From Octopus vulgaris (taxonomy: Eukaryota): a stretch of 64,000 bases of DNA. Below are positions 53,870 to 64,000 of the stretch, piece by piece. Each line of letters starts with the position of its first letter. Positions within the stretch are counted from its first letter, which is position 1. Made by a program: the position numbers and the translations under genes. The stretch spans positions 33,294,001-33,358,000 of the forward strand of contig OX597821.1 in assembly GCA_951406725.2 (NCBI GenBank), read 5' to 3'. Below the pieces are notes generated by a model. That model worked only from the letters and a program-made list of their open reading frames with translations, had not been told where the DNA came from and ran no database searches.

Positions 53870-54170
53870 CACACACATACACACATACATGCACACACAC
53901 ATTCATACATGCACTCACACACACATACATACACACACACATTCATACATGCACTCACACACACATACATACACACACACATTCATACATGCACTCACAC
54001 ACACATACATGCACACACACATTCATACATGCACTCACACACACATACATGCACACACACATTCATACATGCACTCACACACACACATACATGCACACAC
54101 ACATTCATACATGCACTCACACACACATACATGCACACACACATTCATACCTGTGCTCACACACATTCAT
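53870..54170. repeat. ~40-bp CA-rich minisatellite
   Basis: Unit ACACATACATGCACACACACATTCATACATGCACTCACAC, ~7 copies. Confidence 0.9.
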
Positions 54171-54312
54171 ACACACGTGCATGCACATACACACATGCAT
54201 GCACATACACACACACACACACATATACATACATACATACATACATACATACATACATACATACATACACACATGCATGCTGATCAAAACAAACATGTAA
54301 TTATGCCATCAG

Positions 54313-54372
<60 letters not shown>

Positions 54373-54489
54373 AGTCTGTGCCTATGTGAATGTATTTGTG
54401 TGTGTGTACATAACTATTAGTCTGATGAACAAAGTTTCTTATAGTTTGTTGTTATGGAAACGTTTTTCTGAATACTTTTTTCACACTCA

Positions 54490-54532
<43 letters not shown>

Positions 54533-54876
54533 GATCAAAACAAGCATACAATCACACACACATACACACCCAATTTCTGTACATCCGCTTCTGTTTAAGA
54601 ATGAACTTTCCAGATTTAGTATCGACATTGTTACTCATAGTTCACTTTCAAGAGAAAGGCAGCTTTCAAAAACATGGCACTAGTCACACCCTATACACAA
54701 GAATATTTACAAATCCATCATCATCATAACCTATTTCTTTACTACCCACAAGGGGCTAAACACAGAGGGGACGAACAAGGACAGACAAACGGATTAAGTC
54801 GATTACATCAACTATCATTATGGGTAACACTAAACGTACCTTTTGGATTTTTATGTTCTTTGGTATAATAATTGCA

Positions 54877-54969
54877 TGCGGCTGAAGAGTGCTTTAAACC
54901 ATCCTTTATGTCGATTATACACTGATGTAAGAATAGGTCGTTTATAAAGCTTGAAACACGTGTACCGCG
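54877..54969 (+). ncRNA. Type I hammerhead ribozyme motif (Penelope-type) with long stem II
   Basis: Stem I TGCGG/CCGCG, core CTGAAGA (54882-54888), stem II GCTTTA...TAAAGC, GAAA (54953-54956), palindromic stem III CACGTG, GUA cleavage triplet. Confidence 0.7.
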
Positions 54970-55091
54970 ACATCCTTTGTGTTCTGTTTTTGATTTCATT
55001 TGATACATATACCCTCTCACCTCTGCTACTAGCTGGCGTATACAGGTGCTTACACTTATCAAGTATTCACCCTAATTTTATTGTATATATA

Positions 55092-55293
55092 TTCTTTTAC
55101 TCTTTTACTTGTTTCAGTCATTTGACTGCGGCCATGCTGGAGCACCGCCTTTAGTCGAGCAAATCGACCCCGGGAACTTATTCTTTGTAAGCCCAGTACT
55201 TATTCTATCGGTCTCTTTTGCCGAACCGCTAAGTGATGGGGACGTAAACACACCAGCATCGGTTATCAAGCAATGCTAGGGGTACAAACACAG

Positions 55294-55326
<33 letters not shown>

Positions 55327-55499
55327 CACACACATATATACGACAGGCTTCTATCAGTTTCCGTCTACCAAATCCACTCACAAGACATTGGTCGGCCCAG
55401 GGCTATAGCAGAAGACACTTGCCCAAGATGCCACGCAGTGGGACTGAACCCGGAACCATGTAGTTGGTTACTAAGCTACTTACCACACAGCCACTCCTG
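55092..55499 (-). mobile_element. SINE family A
   Basis: Full-length homolog. Confidence 0.85.
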
Positions 55500-55514
55500 A
55501 TATATATTGGTGCT

Positions 55515-55862
55515 TGATGATGACAAAATCTGTGTTCTCAATGATGAGAGTGCATGTGACTCTGTAGCCCAGAGCTGGAAGCACACAGGCACCCACAGGT
55601 GTCGCAACGATACTCTGTTTTTGAAACAGATGCTTCCCTGTTCTCTTTGAAGGCAGCTACTGCTTCCCATGAGGTGAGAGATCTCCATTGTGATCTGTCT
55701 GCAGCAGAGTCTTCATGTTCACATGGACAAATGCCACTCCATTTGAGATCGTTTTCCCAAGCGTCCTTGTACCTCAGCTTAGGCCTTCCTTGACTGCATG
55801 AGCCTTGCATGATTTTGCCATACAACAGCTATCTGGTCATTCTGATGACATGGCCAGTGCAG
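55515..55862 (-). mobile_element. Degenerate RTE-clade LINE 3' end with terminal zinc finger
   Basis: GRPKLRYKD...AADRSQWR...CDTCGCLCASSSGLQSHMHSH. Confidence 0.8.
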
Positions 55863-56114
55863 ACAACAGTTTTCTTTTCAGTTTCAGCCAAACTAAATCC
55901 ATTTTAGAAGGCTTTGATCAACCAAGAACTATAGCAGAATATACTTGCTGAAAGTGCATGCAGTGGGACTGAACTTGAAACCTGCATCCCTTGTACAAAA
56001 CTCAAAGTCACTGCCAAATAACCTTTATTTACAATAATATGGAATATGGAAGCTAAATGATGTTGATGCTGATAATTATGTGGAACATGAAAACATTAAA
56101 ATTTGTAAAAATTA

Positions 56115-56415
56115 TCTATATATATAAAAGAAAAGTTGTGTGGTGTCTGTCTCCTATGATTTAGATTCCTAACTACTCCCACATTTTGCGGTGTAGTTTA
56201 ACCAAAAGTGGGTATCTTATAATCGTGATTCATAATGAGCCCTTCTGGGTAATAGCGCGCATCTACGATGAGTCTACGATTTAAAAAAAAATTTACCATC
56301 ATTTTTTTCCATTTTTAATGCATTTTTTGCTATTATATAAGGGAAGTAACTCTCTAAAAATGCTTATATAGTTATTTCCCTTACAAACCCGAGCAACGCC
56401 AGGTGATACCGCTAG
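56115..56415 (+). mobile_element. Non-autonomous Helitron, family A, stand-alone copy
   Basis: A|TCTATATATATAAAAG ... CCCGAGCAACGCCAGGTGATACCGCTAG|T; homologous to 31842-32235. Confidence 0.85.
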
Positions 56416-57150
56416 TTGAATATAAAACTTTAACCCTTTAGCATTCAGATTACTCTCACAAATATAATGTTATTTTATTCATATTGTAGTTTAAATTAAT
56501 GATGCATTATCTTGTAGCTTTGATAATTCAATTTTGGGATTGCTTATTTTTAGGGTGACATTTTTGGCCAGGTGGGAAAGGTCTGATCAAGCTGGTTTCA
56601 ACATAAAATCAAGTAGCATATTTGGGGCCAGATATGACTGGGTTAAATGATACAGGGTGAAATAATTACATCATAAATTATCTAGAATCATGTTGACCTG
56701 AAATGTCTTTTTCTACTGCAGTGTGATGTTATTTGAGGGAATTTAGCTGCTCTCTTTAGCATGCCAAAAGTTGAATAAAGTGGTTTTAAAGATGGGGATC
56801 AAGGGATAATAGATATTAACTTACAGGCAACTCTGTTACTGCCATTATGCTTCCTTATCAGTTGGAAACTTCATATTGTTAGTGTTGTCTTTTACCTACA
56901 GGCCACACACAATTACCTTTCAAGTTGTCTGAGCACAAATGGTGTTATAATTCTGTCAGTTTTATAATTGCTTTATTACCTTTATAACTTCAACTAGTAT
57001 GATTTCCTCCATTTCAATCTCCACTGCCCACTCAATTAAGTGAATATTTTCTCTGTTTTGTGGAATCAGACTTATTATTATGATTATCATTTTTTGGCTA
57101 TAAAAAAAAAATCTGTCAATTTATTATTTATTCAAAATTTTTCCTTGCAG

Positions 57151-57264
57151 AGCTAGTGCTACAGTCCAAATGGCTCCAAGTATGCGTTCAGAGTCATGGA
57201 AAATTGGATGGATCCAGGCTTGTACCAAAATGATATTTCGGAATACCTACAGTAATGAAGGATT
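57151..57264 (+). CDS. FAM78: Internal coding exon of a FAM78-family (FAM78A/B-like) gene, phase 2-2
   Basis: Acceptor ttttccttgcag| at 57150 and donor |gtaagt at 57265; 114 nt. Translates as (x)ASATVQMAPSMRSESWKIGWIQACTKMIFRNTYSNEG(F/L), matching the recalled FAM78A segment RASAQVVMPPIPKKETWVVGWIQACSHMEFYNQYGEQG. No flanking exons recognised in the window. Confidence 0.88.
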
Positions 57265-57797
57265 GTAAGTATGTCTACATTATCATCATTATAAGAAAGA
57301 ATTTGTTTTAAAATTATACATCACAATATTAATTGTTTTATAACAATTAATATCTAAAACGAGTCTGATTTATAGAAATCTGTGTCTTGATTTAATAAAG
57401 CTCTTAATAATACTTGGTATAAATATAATCCTTTCTAGTATCGGCCTGAAATTTTAAGGGAAGGGGCTAGTCAGTTACATCAACCCCCAGTACGTGACTG
57501 ATTCTTATTTTTTCAGCCCCAAAAGGATGAAAGGCAAAGTTGACCCTTGGTGGAGTTTGAACTCAGAACATTAAGACAAACAAAATGTTGCTAAGCATTT
57601 TACCTGACATGCTAGTGATTCTGCTGGCTCAGTGCTTTACTGGGTATAAATATAATCTTATTATGGCTTGTTAGAGAAGGGTAGTCAGTTGTTAATACAG
57701 TTGATTCCTTTTTGCTCACAATAAAATTGTATAAAATGAAAAAAAGACAGTCATTTATGATGCCCTCTGTGTTTAATTAAGCTTAATTAATTTATAC

Positions 57798-58115
57798 ATT
57801 TTTTTATATCTATGCACCCTTTCAAGCCTAGCCAGGCTCATGGGCTCGGTTTCCCAGTTTCTGTGGCATATGTGTTCCCCCCAGCTAGATGAGACGTCAA
57901 TCCATCACAGCATTACCCAAGAAACAGGAAGAAAGAGTGAGAGAAAGTCAGGGCGAAAGAGTACAACAGGGGTCGCCACCACCATCTGCCGGAGCCTCAT
58001 GGACCTTTAGGTGTTTGCGCTCAATAAACACACACAACGCCCGGCCTGGGAATCGAAACCACGATCCTCCGACCGCGAGTCCGCTGTCCTAACCACTGGG
58101 CCATTGCGCCTCCAC
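57798..58115 (-). mobile_element. tRNA-derived SINE family C variant
   Basis: Same head; TSD AATTTATAC. Confidence 0.8.
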
Positions 58116-58354
58116 AATTTATACTTAGTAATGGCTAAAACGGTTTACTCTTTAAGTACATCATAGCATTAAAAACAAACATTGCTAACAGTAATTCATT
58201 AAACAAAATAGTTGCTAAAAATGTCTCATTTATGTAAATTGATGTACCTCATGCAATAAAGCCTTTAACAATAGTGGCTTTAAATATTGTATGACTATGG
58301 ACTTAGAAATGATTAAAAAATAAGGAAAATAATTAAAATAAGTAAATAGCAAAA

Positions 58355-58677
58355 ATTGACCAAAAATCTTGTGAGTGAATTTGGTAGATGAAAAATGAAA
58401 GAAGCCCGTCACATATGTGTATATAAATATATAGATATATATATATATCTGTGTGAATATGTTTGTTCCCCCACCCAACATCGCTTGACAACCGATGCTG
58501 GTGTGTTTATGTCACTGTAACTTAGCAGTTCGGCAAAAGAGACCGAAAGAATAAGTACTAGGCTTACAAAGAATAAGTCCTGGGGTCGATTTGCTCGACT
58601 AAAGGCGGTGCTCCAGCATGGCCACAGTCAAATGACTGAAACAAGTAAAAGAGTAAAAGAGTAAAAGAGTAAAAGAG
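58355..58677 (+). mobile_element. SINE family A, 5'-truncated
   Basis: Body and (GTAAAAGA)n tail. Confidence 0.8.
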
Positions 58678-59365
58678 CAAATACAGTGCGGGAAAATTGT
58701 GGAAAAGAAGAAGGGTGTGAAAATATGTGAAAGTTGGATAAAGAGAGAATTTCATGGGACCTTTAATGTATCAACTAAATGTTAAACGCCTAAATTTGAT
58801 GCGCAACTTATAATTGTATTATCCTAGCAACTTTCTCTTTAATTGCAATTGTTGGTCAAGAAAATAGATTACAGATCGAAAGTATAAAATGTACAAAACC
58901 TGTACAAGATTAATAGCAGGCCATTTTTTTTAAAACAAGGTTCTGCTTACCCAAGAATTCTTTCAAATGTCTGCACTGGAAGAAAAAATGATTAGCGGCA
59001 TTTCTTCTGACTTTATGTTCTGAGTTTCAATGTTACTGGGGTTGATAAAATAAGTATCAGTCAAATACTGGGGTTGACATAATCAACTTACTCCCTTCCC
59101 TGAAATTGCTGGCCTAGTGCCAAAATTGAAACCATTGTTATTATTATTATTATTATTAAGACAGCAAACTAGAAGAATTATTACTGCATCAGAGAAAATG
59201 CTAAGCAGAATTTCGTCCTTCTTTACATTCTGAGTTCAAATACCACCAAGGGTGATTTTTGCCCTTCCTTTCAGGGTTGATAAAATAAGTACCAGTTGCA
59301 TACTGGGGTTAATATAATCGACTAGTCCCCTCATCCCAAATTTCAGGCCTTGTGCCTATAGTAAA

Positions 59366-59401
<36 letters not shown>

Positions 59402-59861
59402 AAAGGCGGTGAACTTGCAGAATTTACGTTCTGAATTCAAATTCCACCATCGTTGGCTTTGCACTTCATCTTTTGGGGAGTGATGAATTAAATACCAGTA
59501 AAACACAAAGGAGTTGATGTAAGTACCAGTGAAACACTGGGGTCGATGTACGTTCTGAATTTGCTTTTCATCCTTCTGGGATCAATAAAATAAGTACCAA
59601 TCAAGTACTGGGATCAATGATATCGACTTGGTCCCTTCCCCATAATTTCAGGCCTTGTGTCGAAATTTGAAACCATTATTGTTGTTGTTATTATTATCAT
59701 TATGGCTGTCAGCCTGTGAAGTCATACAAGTTGGAATTCTATAACTTGTAAGTGTTTAATCAAGCATTTTAGCTGGTTGCAGCCCGGTCATTCAAAATTC
59801 TATTTTACGAGTATTTTGCTTGATTGTGGTGGTAACATTTTGTGTGGTAACTTTTGCAAAA

Positions 59862-60093
59862 GGCGGCGAGCTGGCAGAAACGTTAGCATGCCGGGCGAAA
59901 TGCGTAGCCGTATTTCGTCTGCGTTACGTTGTGAGTTCAAATTGCGCCGAGGTCGACTTTGCCTTTCATCCTTTCGGGGTCGATAAATTAAGTACCAGTT
60001 ACACACTGGGGTCGATCTGATCGACTTAATACCTATGTCTGTCCTTGTTTGTCCCCTCTGTGTTTAGCCCCTTGTGGGTAATAAAGAAATAGG
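59862..60093 (+). mobile_element. SINE family B with Meta/MESC-like core
   Basis: GGCGGCGAGCTGGCAGAAACG head and core GCCTTTCATCCTTTCGGGGTCGATAAATTAAGTACCAG. Further copies near 395, 5113, 11100, 14720-15168, 22180, 34069, 36950, 38455, 46100, 48315, 57430, 58990-59680 and 62225-62680. Confidence 0.8.
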
Positions 60094-60609
60094 TAACATT
60101 TTGTGTAATTGCACCCCACTTTTTGAAGGTGTAATAATTGTTTTGCATTTTTTGTGAAGACAAGATTTTATTCATTTTTCCAATTTTGAAAAATGTTGGA
60201 TGACAGAAAAATAGTAATAATAGTTGACCAAGAGCAGCAATCTGCTGACTCAGTTGAAACTCTGAAAGCAAATGCAGCTGAAGGTGAGATTAGTTTCTTG
60301 CCAAAGAGAAATATAATTTCCTCTTGTTGCTACAACGAGAGTAAGAAGTGCAAAAGTACCAGCAGCAACAATGTAAACAATACCAGCAGCAGCACCACCA
60401 CCACTACAAACAGCAGAAACAAAAACAATAATAGCAACTGTATCAATGACAACATTAACAACAAGATCAAAAGCGAGAAAAGTAACATGAACAAGATTGA
60501 AAACAACAACAACAACAACAACAATAGCAGCAATAATAACACAATGAACCTCAACAAAGTTAATTCCTTTTCTAAAACCATTAGCAATTGGACTATTTTT
60601 TTCTAAAAA

Positions 60610-61007
60610 TCAAAATCGATCAACATCAATGGAATTTGTAGTTGTGATACCAGTGCCGGTAGCACGTAAGAGAACCATCCAAGCGTGGCCTTAGCCAGCG
60701 CCGCATCACCTGGCCTCCGTGCCGGTGGCACGTAACAAACACCATCCGATCATGGCCGTTTGCCAGCCTTGCCTGGCCTCTGTGCTGGTGGCACGTAAAA
60801 AGCACCATCCGAGTGTGGCCTCGTCTGGCACCTGTGTCGATGGCACGTAAAAAGCATCCACTACACTCACGGAGTGGTTGGCATTAGGAAGGGCATCCAG
60901 CTGTAGAAACACTGCCAGATCTGACTGGGGCCTGGTGCAGCCTTCGGGCTTCCCAGACCCCAGTTGAACCGTCCAACTCATGCTTGCATTGAAAGCGGAC
61001 GTTAAAC

Positions 61008-61042
<35 letters not shown>
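60610..61042 (+). mobile_element. (GAT)n-tailed retroposon, family D (RTE-associated SINE-like)
   Basis: GGC(G/A)TTAGGAAGGGCATCCAGCTGTAGAAAC motif, internal TGGCACGTAA repeats, (GAT)n tail. Other copies at 6888-7118, 18744-18918, 19910-20162, 25988-26234, 47308-47500 and 53202-53743. Confidence 0.75.
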
Positions 61043-61700
61043 CTTTAAAATAAGGCACCGAAATACAAGAATGACATTATGAAACCAGGTGTTATGTGCC
61101 TTAGTGAGGAGGAGATAAAAACCTCCGAAAGACAAACAATTGTTTATAAATGTGTTTCTCGCACGGAGAAGAAGCTTAAATTTCTTTCTCCAGCAGAGAC
61201 TGAAAATTGCCTCGAAGATGTGTGGCACTCAGTGCTACACATACTGAAAGGTAAACAATGTGGGATGGTTGCTGCTGTATGCAGCAGTGAGCAAGAAGCC
61301 AAGAGAATGGTTACTATAACTTGTAATGGCTACTATAACCAGGCTTTTTTAATGATTCCCTATTACATGGATAAAAGGTTAATTTGAATTCAAGTCAAGA
61401 ACATGCTGGATTACCGTGATCTGGCGAAGGTTTTAGCCATTCTGGAAGAACATGGGGAGATTGTGGAGGTGAAGTCCACTCCACAACTCAACAGGACTGG
61501 AATTCTTATGGAATTCCAGATTCCAGTTTCTCCAGAGGAACTAAATTACATTCCTAATTTTATCTGTTTCGGGGAATGTGAACAGATGCCAGTTTCTATG
61601 GAGGGGTAAAAACAGAAGTGTTTAGTGTGCATGGGAATACAAATCACCTCAAAGTCTTTTGCTCCACAGTGGAGAAGCATGAAGCTCTCCACCATTGCTA
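61043..61700 (+). pseudogene. Degenerate non-LTR ORF1 (L1/Tx1-like, gag knuckle)
   Basis: Near-contiguous ORFs 61079-61387 and 61403-61609, then EG*KQKCLVC[at]GNTNHLKVFC: a CX2CX4HX4C knuckle with a 2-nt insertion. Confidence 0.55.
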
Positions 61701-62169
61701 ACAACTCTTCAAGGTGGGGACAAATCTATTACCTCGAGTCTACCTCCTTCTCCCAACTCAGGCCTCACAAAAGTAAAGTCCTCATTGATATCACACCAAA
61801 AGGCCTTTGTTGGAGATAAGAGAAAAACTGATTATGAAACAGAGACCAGCCCAAATCGAAAGCCCTAAGATATGACAGTAAAAGCAAAATCTATCACCAC
61901 TCCAATTTAAAAACAAAACACAAACATCAGCATCTTCATCACAAGACAACCAATTTTTACAAACATATTCACAACCACAAAATTCATGAAAACAAAAAGA
62001 ACACCTGAGAAACAAAATGACCAACAGGGTGTTTTTTTTGGTGGGGAACGGGTGAAAGTCTTGCCATTTTTTTCATATATTCTCATTTTAATAATCATCT
62101 CTGGTTAATTATTGAGAGGGGTGTTGCGTTGGCAGAAGTTTGTACTCTCTGAGTACTCTTGTTGTTGTT

Positions 62170-62200
<31 letters not shown>

Positions 62201-63872
62201 TTATTATTATTGTTATTATTAAAAAAGCAGTGAGCCAACAGAATTGCCACCACGCTGGACAAAATGCTTAACGGCATTTCATCAGTTTTCATGTTTTGAG
62301 TTCAAATTCCACCAAGGCTGACGTTGACTTTCATCCTTTCGGGGTTGATAGATTAAGTGACAGCAAAATCCTGGAGTCGATGTAATTGACTTAACCCCTT
62401 CTGAAAAGAATCAGGCATTGTGCCTTTAGTTGAAAGGCTTATTATTATTGTTGTTAAAAAGGCGGTGAGCCAGCAGAATTGTTAACACATCGAACAGAAT
62501 GCTTAGCAGTTTTTCATCCGTTGCTACGTTCTGAGTTCAAATTCCGCTGAGGTCAGCTTTGCCTTTCATTCTTTCCGGGTCGATAAATTAAGTACCAGTG
62601 AAACACTGGAGTCGATGTAATTGACTATTCCTCTCTCCAAAAATTTCAGATCTTGCGTCTATAGTAGAAAGGATTATTATTATTATTATTATTTTTAGAT
62701 GAGTACCAGATGAATTTGGGTTGAGAGACTAGAGGACATTTACACATTCTCTTTATCATCTACCTTACTAATCTCATTTCTTCTGCTTCTTAATTCTTTT
62801 CCTCCCCCCCTCCTCCTCCTCACTTTCTCCTCTTTCCAAACATGTGGCTGTAATTATGTAAATTTATATCATACTCTCATATTTCCACAGGATTTTTCTA
62901 AAGATGGTGGTGATTAAGTTATTTTGTTTTCGTTTTCTGCGTTCTAAACATATGAACTACATTGAGCTCTATAATCAAAGCCAGATATGAAAATTATACT
63001 TTGGAAATTGGAGTCTTGAGAAAGTCTGTTCATGGTTGCTCAACATGCTAGAAGCAGCAGCCAAATCTCTATCATATCACACCCTGTCACATTCAGAATG
63101 AAAGAGCATGTTGAAAAAGGTAATCTTCCATAAACTGTGACTGAGAAAAAGGCCAAATAAGCAAATAACAAAGCCTCCACATGCTAGAAATAGCAGCCAA
63201 ATCAACAGCATATCACGCTCTAGCTTTTTTTTAAAAAAAGGAATGAAACATTGACAAATGTAGTCCTAGTTACACTAAATCTCCCACATGTTATATCTTT
63301 ATCCTTTATCTTTTACATGTTTCAGTATTAGACTGTGGCCATACTGGAACACGATCTTGGAGGGTTTGGGCAAACAGATTAGACCCAGTACTTAATTTCA
63401 AGTATGGTGCTTATTATATTGACCTGTTTTGCTGAACTATCAAGATACAGGGACATAGACAAAGCAACACTGATTGTCAAATAGCTGGGGAGACAAACAC
63501 ACACACATACACTTACATACATACATACATACACACATACATACATACATACGCATGCATACATACATACATACATACATATATACATACATACATACAA
63601 ACATGCATACATACATACATACAAATATGCATACATACATACATACATACACACATACATACGCATGCATACATACATACACACATACATACATACATAC
63701 ATACATACATACAAACGTACGTACGTACATGCATGCATACATACATACATACATACATACATACAAACATGCATACATACATACATACATACAAACATAC
63801 ATACATGCATACATGCACATACATACATACATACATACATACATACATACATACATACATACATACATACAA

Positions 63873-63917
<45 letters not shown>

Positions 63918-63920
<3 letters not shown>

Positions 63921-64000
63921 GGGGTGCTGAAAAGTTCCTGGCTTTGGGTAAAAGAAAATACAGGAGGATTGGGTATGATTTTATTCAACATATTCCCCTC
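63918..64000. mobile_element. Mariner-like TIR, cut by window end
   Basis: CAAGGGGTGCTGAAAAGTTCCTGGCTT...TTATTCAACATATTCCCCTC resembles mariner-family termini. Confidence 0.55.

Noticed and set aside
54422-54470. CTGATGA...GAAACGTT hammerhead-like words
   Set aside because: Stem II does not close next to GAAA and stem I pairing is poor.

Overview
AT-rich, microsatellite-dense animal DNA. The SINE, MITE and Helitron families look like those of an octopus/cephalopod; that is an inference. Almost all ORFs in the track are translations of (TA)n, (CA)n or (GAT)n repeats and SINEs. The only convincing host coding sequence is one 114-nt internal exon of a FAM78-family gene (57151-57264, +), so most of the window is probably intron. 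The centrepiece is 23.8-32.2 kb: a cluster of composite non-autonomous Helitrons that share 5' and 3' termini but carry different cargo. Three of them are stacked in one (TA)n tract, and two meet head-to-head as a large palindrome. The cargo includes a 107-bp array and a hammerhead-ribozyme-shaped motif with a swapped G3-C8 core pair. Also present: a second hammerhead with a very long stem II, Merlin-, hAT- and Tc1/mariner-type MITEs, CR1, RTE, R4 and Tx1-like LINE remnants, several fold-back palindromes, and a drop in CpG content near 7 kb.
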